64,000 nt of DNA from Utricularia gibba (GCA_002189035.1 NEEC01000009.1:2852001-2916000); one strand, 5' to 3'; positions 50,800 through 62,323 are shown, numbered from the stretch's first letter. Numbers and translations: made by a program. Notes: generated by a model not told the origin, from the letters alone.

Positions 50800-52490
50800 A
50801 TGAACAATGAGGAATCCCTCAGATCTCTCTCCTTTGATTATCTCAATCTTCTAATCAACGGTCAGGCCTACAGCGATGTGACCTTCGGCGTCGAGGGCCG
50901 CGTCGTTCACGCCCACCGCTGTATCCTCGCCGCCCGTAGTCCCTTCTTCCGGAAATTCTTTGCCGCCGGGGAGCAATCCTACACCGCCGCCGCCGCGCAG
51001 GTGGTGGTCCCGTTGAATTCCGTCAGCTACGAGGTGTTTATGCTGATGCTCCAGTTTTTGTACAGCGGCCAGGTTTGTATCGTTCCCCAGAAACACGAAC
51101 CTAGGCCTGACTGCAGCGTGCGTGGGTGTTGGCACACGCATTGCTCCTCCGCTGTAGATCTCGCCGTACAAACCCTAGCAGCCGCTAGATCCTTCGGGGT
51201 GGAACAGCTTGCTTTGCTCACTCAGGTTCTGTGTTTCTTCCTTGCTTACACTTCCCCCCTCGTTAATTGCTTTTCACAGAGAAAAGTGATTTGATGAACT
51301 AGTGTTCCGTCTGTGCTTCCTTTCCTAGAATCTTCTTCCTTATCATTAGATTTTTGTTTAAGTCTGCACAAAACCAGATTGAAACCCCTAAACGCCTTGA
51401 AGTGGCTAGGTTTTTTTGGCTTGGAAGTTTCCTATTTTGGATTCTTTCTGTGCAAGTCTAATCAGCTTACATGGTGTTGGCAGAAGCAATTGGCGATCAT
51501 GGTTGAGAAAGCTTCCATTGAAGATGTTATGAAGGTTCTGATAGCCTCAAGGAAGCACGAAATGCAGCAACTGTTGAATACTTGTTCGCAGCTTGTTGCC
51601 AGATCAGGCCTCCCGCCGGAGATGCTGGCCAAGCATCTTCCTGTGGAGCTGGTGGCCAGAATCGTAGAGCTTCGAATCCAGGTTGTTGCAAAAAATATAT
51701 ATAGCAGCACGTACCAGATAGTTATTTGAATATGTGCGTATTGAATAACAATTTGACTGTTGCTGCTTTGAGGTAGGCTTCAGTTTCCTGCCAGCAACTC
51801 CTAGGCCCACATTCGACGGGAGAAATGGACCAGAAAATCCGGCGGATGCGGAGCGCGCTCGACGCCTCCGACGTGGAGCTTATAAAGCTGATGGTTATGG
51901 AGGGGTTGAATCTAAATGAAGCATTGGCTCTGCACTACGCCGTTGAGAATTGCAGCAGAGAAGTAGTAAAGGCTCTACTGGAGCTCGGCGCTGCGGATGT
52001 TAACTACCCCGCCGGGCCGGCGGGGAAAACCCCACTCCATTTGGCGGCAGAGATGGTGTCGCCGGAGATCGTGTCCGTGCTTCTCGACCACCACGCGGAT
52101 CCGAACAGCAGAACCGTCGATGGAGTGACACCGATGGACGTTCTCCGAACCCTAACCTCCGACTTTCTCTTCAAAGGAGCGATCCCAGGGTTAGCGCACA
52201 TCGAACCCAACAAGCTCAGGCTTTGCCACGAGCTTGTGCAGTCCGCGGTGGATGTGATAGCAAGGGAAGACGCAAATGCTGCCGCTGCCGCTGCCGCAGC
52301 CGCCACCGGTGATCACGGGAGAGAGTCGAGTTCCGGCGATGGTGGACCAAACGCCGTGTTCTTAAATCTGGTAACCGGGAAAACAGGTGACTCCGAGCCG
52401 AGCAGCAGCAGGCGACGTCGAAGGGATGCTGCCAACCGCCGGGGATCTTCTTCTTCCTCTTCCACTTCGTCCATGTACCACCATTTTTAA
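50800..52490 (+). CDS. BOP: BLADE-ON-PETIOLE-like BTB/POZ-ankyrin protein (NPR5/6 clade), divergent, 3 exons
   Basis: EESLRSLSFDYLNLLINGQAYSDVTF, AHRCILAARS, KQLAIMVEKASIEDVMKVL, DQKIRRMR.ALD.SDVEL, GKTPLHLAAEMVSP and EPNKLRLC. Exons are 50800-51225, 51484-51681 and 51777-52490. Confidence 0.92.
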
Positions 52491-54018
52491 CTGAACTCTC
52501 CTAATAATAATAATCTGGACAACCCCTTCTTCATGCGCCATCAATGCAGACGGCTGCCTTAAAACCAGGTGCCAAAATGCTTTTCAAAGAAACCCCTCGA
52601 ACTCCTCCTCCTCCTCCTACCTCTGGAATCCAAACAATCAACAACAACAGCAAAAACGAAGATCCAGTCTCACAGCTCTCTGAAAACCAGCAAAGTTTTG
52701 CATGAGAAGGGCGACGAGATTCCACTCACCGCCGGCTATTACAATATCACACGGCTTCTGAGTTTGTCGGTTTTGTGTTCCATGATGCTTTTCCTTGACC
52801 TCACACCCCACTACAGTGGACACGGGAAACCGTTTTCTGACATGAACAACAAAGTTCCAGTCCCAGGGCTCATCTATTTTCTTTTCGTACCCCACGGTTT
52901 TTCAATAATTTTAAATGCCCCCAACCCGCCCCAAACCCAACCTATAAATATATTCTATTGCATGTACAGAATTGGCATGAAACGTTGTCGTTTCCCTGCC
53001 CTACTTTCGCCTTTATGTGTATTGCAGTACAGTGTGCTATTAACAAAGATTATACAAATAGGGGATATAACGTAAAATAATTTGATTAATTATATATTTA
53101 AATCATTTATTATTGGATTGGATCGAATAGATTTTCTAAAATATTAAAAAAATGAAATTGTGGGGTTTAGAAAATGCTTTATAAATATATTTTATATATA
53201 ATATGTTTTATGATTAATATCAGTAAAATTAAACGACTTAAATCAGAAAATGAATAAAAATTATTTTTAAAATATCGAACTCTAAATAATATACTAATGT
53301 GGGCTTTTTGGACCGGCCCAATATCCATCTTTTCTGGAGGCCGTCTTTCTGCTGGGTGATTTGAAAACCCAAAACGCAGAGTGGAGAAGCTTCTTCTCGT
53401 GTACAGACGGCCCTGCGGCAGAATTGCTGCCGGAATGAACCTTGCCGGTGTGCCTTGGCGTCGAAGGCGAATTGGAAAAGAAAAGGGGCCCGATTAATAC
53501 ACGAAAATGGGGCATTCTCCATTTGATCGTTCACCCTAACTAAGGATTTCATGTCTGATGAATGGGATCCCGATGTTGGCAATCGTAGCACCTTCAGATG
53601 CTGATCTGGGGTTTGCATTGGATTATCCGCAAACCCTCGCTCATCGTTGCAGTCGACAAATATGCTCATTTAGTTTGATGATTGGATTGTAGCAAAACCC
53701 TTGGATTCACATCCGATGATGTCCAATCGTTGTCATGGGTTTCCTTTCGAGTATGGAAATTAGATACACTTATCGCGGTCTACGGGCCCTACTACCAAGG
53801 CGCCATAACTGTGGCCATCAGACATCTACGGACCACTAGCTTTATTTAGCGGTGGAAATGGCCGAAGCCGTACACCAGGAAGAATCAAAAGGTACTGTTC
53901 CCAGATCTGCTGCTGCACCAGCCCACAAGCAAAACCCTAGTTTTTGAAAACCAAGTTCGGTTTTTTCAGATCTGGGGGTGTTTTTTTTCCCCTTTGGATC
54001 GGAGCGGGGTGAAAAAGG

Positions 54019-54105
54019 AGTCTGACAGAAGAGAGTGAGCGCTCGCCGGCGAATGAAACGGGTTCCTTCGCATTCGCGTGCGCTCGCTTATCTTGCTGTC
54101 AGGTT
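54019..54105 (+). ncRNA. MIR156: MIR156 precursor copy 2, variant mature UGACAGAAGAGAGUGAGCGC
   Basis: Mature at 54023-54042; 3' arm GCGCUCGCUUAUCUUGCUGUCAG (~54080-54102) pairs with two G:U and two bulges. Confidence 0.9.
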
Positions 54106-55644
54106 TTAGTTTGCATCTTGTTCCTGTGATTCGGCTCCCCTCTCTGCCCTTTTTAATTTTTTCTCGTAGCTTCCGTGGCCTCTGGAAAGCGTGGATGAAA
54201 TCTGTGGCAGTAAAGTGGAGAAAGCAAGATCCTTCGCTTCCTGTCACACGCCAAGGGTATGTTGGAGGGCGAATAGGGTGAGTCATTTTCACCATTCTGC
54301 TGCTGTGTTTACTCGTTCTTTTTTTATGCAATATTTTGGGATGCCGATGCACCAATGGGGGGAGCACCAGAGCCTCCGCTGTCATCCAATGAAGACAAAC
54401 CAGCTCTAGGGTCTTGCGGTAAACTCTTGCACTATTCTCAGTCTCTTTCTATTCCTCCACACAAGGGCTAGATTGTGTGCCCCATTTGCCATGCTTAGGG
54501 TGACTATGCGTCTTTAATCAACAGTAGAGTCGTTCTTAACATCAGTCAAATCCATCAGAGTCATTCCACGCAAGGGCTAGCTCAGATGACAGTTGCAGGA
54601 ATGGCCTTTGCGGCGAAGGGGAAGACAGACATCATCACACTAACCATTTCCAAAAAGCCCTATGTATGAAATCAGAACACATGAATGCTAACTTCCAGCA
54701 TGGCATTTGCACCTGAACTCCGAAAGAACCTTCTTTTTTTCAGAACTAATTGAAACTACCAAGACCATGCTTGGGTAAAAAGAAAAACAAAGTGTGCCCC
54801 TTCAATGATGCATTCCTCCCATGGCTTCTTTTTCTTTCTTCCTTCACAGCTGCGCTTGTCTGGTTTTCAAATCCAATGTCTTTAAATCCCACAAACAACC
54901 ATAGCTTGTGATTCCATTCAAAGTACAAGCAAGCATTGATTCATTCATTCCTTGTTGTGTTCCCCCCGTTCTCAAGGACTCATGATATAAAAGCAATGGC
55001 CCTGATTCCTGATCACGCCGGGACTCTCAGAAGATTAGCACACAAGCTTATACCATCCTTAAAGTGCCCCGCCGTACGTTCCTGAGATGTCGGAATAAAT
55101 TCCCCAGACAAGCCTTTGCCCCATTGTCACTTCCTTTGTGCTTTAAATCGCCGCAGCACTTAACACTTCTTCATATAACTGTATGAGATAAATAGCTTTC
55201 AAAAACACCCTATTTTTCAAAAGTTTTTTTTAAAAAATAAAATAAGCAAAAGTAAAAAAAAAAAAAAACGAAAAATAAATCAATAAATAATAAAAATAAA
55301 GATTTGGTTGGATATTTGAATTTCCCATCCCGAGATCTTTGGGTCGTGGAGGACCCTAATTGGGTCGCTCCCTGTTTTGGACGGCCACTTCATCCCTTCG
55401 GCACAGCCTGATGCCCTCCCCCCGCCCCGACGATAAAGCTGAAGGTTAGGGTTTCGGGCAGTAAATAAAGCTGGAGACGATGAATGCAGCGCCGCACCCA
55501 AATCCTGACCTAATCCCTCGCCCTCCCACTCCGCCATGGAGGAGTGGATGGGCAAACCAATGCCATTCAGCAAGCCCTAGTTTAATGTTTCTGTCTCGCC
55601 GGTGAAGTGTTTGTCTCAGGGATCGGAGAAGGGGAACAGCAGCG

Positions 55645-55736
55645 AATCTGACAGAAGAGAGTGAGCGCCCGCCGGCAAATGAACAACCCTGAGTACATTT
55701 GCATCCGCAGGCGCTCACTCATCTTGCTGCCAGGTT
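55645..55736 (+). ncRNA. MIR156: MIR156 precursor copy 3, variant mature UGACAGAAGAGAGUGAGCGC
   Basis: Mature at 55649-55668; 3' arm GCGCUCACUCAUCUUGCUGCCAG (~55711-55733) pairs with two bulges and one A-C mismatch. Confidence 0.87.
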
Positions 55737-58700
55737 CTTTTTCTTCTTCATGACACTGTTTCCCCCTCCAGGTTCCTTTTCTTTTTTTTTTTTTTTTTTT
55801 TTCTAATCTTCATCCTGTAGTGTTGCCCTCGATGGGCAAAACGCGACGATGATTTGCTATCTGTCAAACCTCCTTAGCTACCCTTTTGAGATGAGATAAC
55901 ATGGAGCTCAGTCGTTTTCAGTCCCTTTGTGGATCCCTCTTTCTGCTCTGCATTGAATTGGATATGCTGTTGGGGGATTGTCTCCAATAGAATTAGGGTT
56001 TAGGCATGATCATTATATGGAAGATTAGGTCATGTTGGATATGCTTATTTATTCCTTGAACACAACATATGGTCTTTTCATTTTACATTATATTTAAATG
56101 TCATTTGATATCAATAAAATGGAATTTCAGAAAAAAAAAACGAATAGTAAAGTTAATTTCGTATTTTTAATCATGAAATTAGTTAAATGTATTAAGTACA
56201 TGAAATTATATTTCACCATAAATTTATTAATAAGTAAATAAGAAAATTGTATTGTCAAGTGATGTAAGTTTTATTAATTGAGAAAGATTTATTTTTATTC
56301 CATTTTAAATAAATATTTATAAAACTTGTATATAAAACATTTTCTCAATTTTAATCGTATAAGTTATATTTATTGTATATAAATAATTATATATCTAATC
56401 TTGAATATTCTTTTTTATTTTTATTTAAATGAAAAAAAAACCCATTAGTTTATGTGTGCAGAATAAATAAGTTAATTATTAAATTAAAAGAGAGAGTGCG
56501 TCTTTTAATATTTAATATTATGAATTTATTTTTGGATGAAGACGACGGCGAAGGGAGTTTCGATGGGAGCAAATTGGGTCTGGCTTTTGCAGGAGGGAGT
56601 ACTTGCGGTTCACAGTCGCACGGTGCGGCAACTACACTTCTGAGATGCCAATTCGCTCGGAGGGGACGTCAGTTTTAGGGTTTGGGTCTATGGTCCTTAC
56701 GCGCCTCACCTCGATTGGATGCTTTCCGTTATTGGGGTTGCTCACTGCGGCTTCGTTGTTTTTTTCGTCGGAATTTCTGCGCCGAGGCCGTCAATTTAAA
56801 TGGTTCTACTTGGAAGGGAACCAATGAATTCGATTTTTGAAGACTGCGTTCCAACTTTATCATGCGTCTGGGGTCGTATCTGCAGCCGGAAGGTTACACA
56901 AAATTGGTACCCTATTTTGCTGGGTATTTTTTTAAAAAAAAAAATATGCTTGAGATTTTGTATTGTAGAAGGGGGGCGAGGGATTTCCTTTTGTTAATTA
57001 TTTGGAAACCTGCAAGAAACAATGGTGTGTTCATTTCCTGAACAGTTATTTGATTTTCTGCGGAAATGAAAGAACTTTTCATTTTTTTAGTATGGATGAG
57101 TTTTTCATCTCATTTGAATCAGTTATCACTTTTCCGCTGATTGAAAACTTGGCCTTTGTGCGTTCACTCACGAGTTTATAATACACTTCTTGTCTTCTAC
57201 ATTCATGTACTTCAGCTCGTGTTAGGAAGTTTGCCGTTGATAAACAGAATGCCATGCTGAGCATTATTGAAGGAGAAACGTTCCTCTGGAGATCTTAGGT
57301 ACATCGGTTGTGCCTGTGACTGAGGAGGCAGCAGCAATGCAAATATTTGTCATATTTCTAGCACTTCAGAGGAACTTACTGTTATTATTAGATATATCCT
57401 GGAATTTGAATTCCTCCAATGCAGTCATCTTGATGGTAGCCATCTGCAACCGAAATGAAGTCTTGAAGTTAACCTACAGCTCTGGGGTTTAGTTTTATAT
57501 AGCGGCGAACGAGTGACATTGAGATGATCACACACTGGCTTACCGCTTACCTAACGCTGTTTGAATATGCACCCCATTCTGATACTAGTGCAGTTCTGGT
57601 GAAATGAGACCGGTGTCCAGGTTCCAGGTTGGTGCTTTACAGAATCCCCATTCTTCATCACATAACGATTTTTGCATCTTGTATGGATTACATTTAACAC
57701 TTCCGTTGCTTAACTCTTGTATATCCTGTTGAACTCTCCAGATTCAAGATCACATCTGGAGTCTTTCTTCCAGCATTTATTCGATTCATAAAGAAGAAAG
57801 CGTTGCTTTGTTCTGTGCCACTTTATGCAGACTTCCTTTGCGGTGGCTGGTCAACCCGCCACATGGAGCAAACTGCAGCAACTTGGAAGTGTACTACTGT
57901 ACTTGATTCCTCACAGTAGTACTATGCACGATTACTATTTGGAAGGGTACAGTTATTATTTTCGCACTGAATGATAATATTATGTGATTCTGAATTCTAG
58001 AGTATAATTGTATCAAAATATTACAATAACGAATTTTAGTTCCTTTTTCTAAGGTGATGGGTCAACATACTAACCAGAACCTGGCTAAGCCCTTACCAAG
58101 AAGAAAGCATTTTGGAAGGAGAGCAGCCTAGGCCAGGAGTACAAATACAGGGGAGAGGCTTCTCTGGACCATTCAGAAAAGTGGCCACCCTCACTTTCTG
58201 TTTGGAGACTGACTGCTCACGGGCGATTTATTTCAATCGGGTCCTGAAGGCAACATGCCACCAACAAGCAGGACGCATTGGACATGAGCCATGTAAAATG
58301 GGTGTGCTGTTTGTCTTTACATTATACACTGCACCGCTTGGTGCTACGCTGCAGCACACGTAGGATGATGATATTACCAGCATGAGGGAATTCCAGCTTA
58401 GTACTCTTCGGTAAGACGGCCATGCACACTGACCCTGCAGTGTTAATTCTTAGGTAAAGAGAGATACAGCCACCAGAAGAAGATGTGTGGGAATCATGCG
58501 TCCGCCCATCAAGAGATGAAGATGTGGGTGCTCCTCCAATTGCCTACGACCAAATTCTATGTAGCAGCTAATTGAGGAAAGATAACATGTATACTCAAAA
58601 AGATGTGTTTTCTGCAACCCAGAGCTCAAAGCACACATTCACTACCAAAATGAAACTCGTGTTGTAATGGAATCAGATGTGCCAGTGAGATCAAAGAACA

Positions 58701-60109
58701 TTAGGGAAAGACGAGGGAGGAAAAAAAAAGGCACTCCCACCAGCCACCTTGCATTAGAAAATAAATATCAGGGAACTAAAATCATCCACAGAGCGTGATA
58801 CTCAAGACAGCTATCGAGATGCACATAGAGAACAAGAAGTATGCGGACATGTCTAACTACAGATAGATTCTGCAGCCATCAAGTATTTCTAAGTGAAACA
58901 CAATCCAACAGACTGAAACATGAAAGACATGTCCAGGAATGAAATCATATTACTAAGCCAAAACTTGACATTTTCATCCGATCACATTGCATTTCAAACA
59001 CAGGTGCGATGAAGGGCAATGGCACACAAAATGAAGCACAGAAGAGTAATATGCTATAACTCATGACCATCAGTCTTACCCAGGATATCATACAGCCGGA
59101 CAATCAGAAACCCTTTTCTTTTTCATTTACAGTGATCGTGATTCTTTGAATATGCTCTTTGAAGTGAAATAGAATCAACAGCTATATAGAGAGGGAGGTC
59201 CTTACAGAGCAATAGCCAACAAGTTGCATGCCATTGACTTGAGGAGGATGCAAGAAAAACTTCGATGAAGACACTGCAATGTAGGTCCAACACATTCGAA
59301 ACTAATATAGGATACTAATATAGAGAATTTCCATCGTTGAGCATACTATGTAGAATATTCTCAAAGATAATACCCTACAAGATCAAGCACCACAACAAAT
59401 ATGCGAACGTATAATATATCAGCTCACCGAAGGAGGATTGCATCAAACCTATCAGAACAGACAGCAGCAGGCTGATAAGAGATAAACAGCAGAACTGACA
59501 TAAAACACTAAAAACGAATTAACATAAAAATAATTCCCACTCAATACCTTTTCGATGAATAGGGTCCTAACAAAAAGCAAGATGAGAAAGAACCTTATTA
59601 CCATAGTGCAACAACACAAGTTTCGAAAGCGAGGTCATAGAAGATTCTCATAAAGGCTGTTGGAAATTATATGCCTCCGTCTCTAACGTTCACATCTCTT
59701 TTTTAGTTGCTACAAAAGGAGTAGGAAAAAAACAAAACACGCTCACGCTTTGCCTGGAGATAAGCTATGTTAGTTGCCTTACACCCGTTAACACGCCCGT
59801 AAGCTTCAAGGAAACAATACAAAAAAAAAAGAGCTTGAAAACATCGAAATCCAAAAAAAAGGGATCCGGTGAAAGACCAAAAGAAGTGAAATGTGATCAG
59901 GAAATGATCTAAGTAGAGCGGAAAAAGTAACTGGTGAACCTGAAAAACGGTGGATTTACCGTATTTCGTTGGAGTGTTTGGCAGAAAGACGGGTCTACAA
60001 AATTAACTTGTTTTTCACTCTTTAAATTTTTTGCAGTTTTCCATTTCCCCATGGAAAGGAAAAAAAGAAGTGGACAAAAGTTCAGGAAATGTAACAAGAG
60101 ATGCAGAAG

Positions 60110-60195
60110 CAGCTGACAGAAGAGAGTAAGCACACATCGAACAAATGTGCATCATCTACAATTGCCAGCGTGTGCTCACTCTCTTCTGTCAAGTT
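60110..60195 (-). ncRNA. MIR156: MIR156 precursor copy 4, canonical mature UGACAGAAGAGAGUGAGCAC, inverted relative to copies 1-3
   Basis: Plus-strand 60172-60191 is the exact reverse complement of canonical miR156. The partner arm at 60114-60133 gives star GUGCUUACUCUCUUCUGUCA with only one G:U. The upstream TTTCAGATCTG motif is shared with copy 2 in this orientation. Confidence 0.92.
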
Positions 60196-60765
60196 CCGAA
60201 TTTTCCTGCCCCCCTCTCCAGAAAAATTCAGATCTGAAACCCCAGACCCATTGTTCTAAAGAAAACAACATGAACGAAAAATTAACCTTTTGCACATGCA
60301 TTTTGTCGAACAGTTAGCCTACATATTTCAACAAACACACTACAAGCCCTCGAAGGGCGATCTGGACAGAAGAATTCAAAATCGAGGTCGCCTCTGTTTT
60401 TCGCATGCAAGGAGATGCCGGGGCGAAGTAGATTACAAGGAAGATGCCCTATCGGTATACGGAACGGCAGCCTCTGCGTCGGATGACAATCATTTTGTAC
60501 CAAAAGACGAAGCAAACATGGGGAAAGTACACCCCATTAATTATGATTAACTACCCTAATTTCATTCAACTCCACTCCACCATTCTTAAAATAATGATTA
60601 AAAAAGAATAATCATTACATAAGAAATAAAAAACTAATAATGAAAATAAATATAACTGAATTTCCACGCTTTTTGGATGATAATTCTTTTAAATGAAATA
60701 TGCTTTATTTTATATATTTTTAAATTTTTTAACTTGAAATAATGAATTAATTGAATTTGGAAAAT

Positions 60766-60777
60766 GGCCCAAGCCCA
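60766..60777. promoter_or_regulatory. Tandem site II elements upstream of the COA6-like gene
   Basis: GGCCCA AGCCCA about 115 bp before the ATG; site II elements are established features of nuclear genes for respiratory-chain components. Confidence 0.5.
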
Positions 60778-60888
60778 TTAGATCATTTCTTTTTGTCCAA
60801 GTAACGGGGCAAAAGAAGAAAGGGATCGGCTTGTAAATTGGAGTGCAGTTCAACGGCGTCGAAGTGGAAGCTTTCTTCATCGCCGCCG

Positions 60889-61375
60889 ATGGCGGGGGAT
60901 ACAATTCACACAGATGTTCTCTCTGAAGCACGTGCATCTTGCTATAAGGTAATTTATAGGTTTTGCTGTAACCGATTGCCTATTCATTTTAGCACAATTG
61001 TTTTTCTAATTGCCTCCAGGCGCGAGATGCTTTCTACGCATGTTTGGAGAAAGAATGCGTCAAGAAACCGACCGAAATTGCTTCGGTGGGACTGCTATAC
61101 CCGGTAGATTGTAAGATGTCTAGGGAGGAATTCATGAGTCGCTGCAGATCAACATGGGTAATTTTTCTACCTTTTTTTTTTCTGCGTTTTGTTTCAGCAT
61201 TTAGGGTTTTTTGTGTTTAATTTCACCCCAACGATTTGGGTTAAAGGTGAAGCATTTTGATCGGAATTATTGTGCAAAAAAGAGGGCTCAAAGGCTTTTG
61301 GACGACAATGAATCGAGGAGAGGTCCGTTGTCACTTCCACAGCCTTATACATTCAAGGGTCCTTGCCCTTCATGA
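60889..61375 (+). CDS. Small twin-Cys COX6B/COA6-like cytochrome c oxidase assembly protein, 3 exons
   Basis: Spliced product MAGDTIHTDVLSEARASCYK/ARDAFYACLEKE...DCKMSREEFMSRCRSTW/VKHFDRNYCAKKRAQRLL...* with CX9C...CX10C spacing and the WVKHF motif. Confidence 0.85.
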
Positions 61376-62323
61376 TCTTGAGTTCCTAGAGCATTGATTC
61401 TTTCCCTACTTTCGGAAAAATGGGCGATTTCCAATGCATATAATGCTTTCTCTGTGAGTATCTTTGCTTTGCATACATGTTATTTACCAATTAATTATCC
61501 ATGAGCAATGGAGATTTCGATATCAATCCAGAGCATAACAAACTTCTGCCTTTCTCATGAACCCGCCTTCTTTTTAACATATATGCCTAGATTCTTTGAC
61601 ATTAGGTATCAACGGATGATAAGATGATGAGATTCAGGATTGCAAGTTTCTCATGATATATCGTGTTATATTGTGCTTCCATCTTTTCATGGTGTACGTT
61701 TCATCTATGAGTAGGACTTGTTTAAAAAGAAGGCGGCATTTGCATTGAAAATGATGAGAGGCAACACTCTTCTACATTGGCAGGGGTGTGAGAGTATTGT
61801 GTGCTGTTGGGAAAGAGAAAAAAACTCTCCATTAGCCATGAACAACTTAGGGATTTGAGTTAGCGTGCATGCCCATCAAAGAGAGCTGCTCATTTGCTTA
61901 TTCCATGGTTAGCATGTTCCATACCTTCATGCTGTTCTCTTGGCACTGATTCTGTACGCACAATTTGACTATCGCTTTGTACCTATTCATGTTTCTTGGT
62001 CCTTCAGGTAGACCTTTGTCTGTAAACAAAGAATGGAATATGACATTTGGCAGGTGCTAATGCATCTAAAGAAGGCATCAACCATCAAGATACGTAAACT
62101 CCCAATTGCAAAGAAGAAGCACAGTAGAATTTTTCAACAGTAGCATCCAATACCGAACATGATGCCTTTCTGTCCCTACCTCAAAAAGTGCCATTTCTAT
62201 GGTGAAGAGAGGAAATACTCTAGGAAGCATAGTCACTGGGAAAATATTTTACATGACAAAGGTTGAAACTGAAATGCAGTTGAAAATGGGAACAGAAGCC
62301 GCCGTTCAAATAGTGGCCTTCAG

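Noticed and set aside
51670-51682. TTCGAATCC, a tRNA T-loop-like motif
   Set aside because: It lies within the BOP coding sequence, with no cloverleaf.
53238-53870. 143-aa minus-strand ORF and coding-looking GC-rich stretch before MIR156 copy 2
   Set aside because: No recognisable motifs or exon structure; it is probably promoter or leader sequence.
55600-55615. TGAAGTGTTTG, a partial miR395 match
   Set aside because: Only 11 nt match and there is no complementary arm.
56730-56770. GCTCACTGC, resembling a miR156 star arm (possible fifth copy)
   Set aside because: Only 9 nt match and no complementary 5' arm is nearby.
56450-59900. Possible protein gene between MIR156 copies 3 and 4
   Set aside because: Only short unrelated ORFs with no family similarity are present. 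Scattered splice-like signals fit non-coding pri-miRNA exons, but cannot be resolved without RNA data.
60114-60133. Plus-strand reading of copy 4 as a new miR156 variant (UGACAGAAGAGAGUAAGCAC)
   Set aside because: The minus strand gives the exact canonical mature with a G:U instead of an A-C mismatch, and flanking motifs match copy 2 in that orientation. It is kept only as a possible antisense product.
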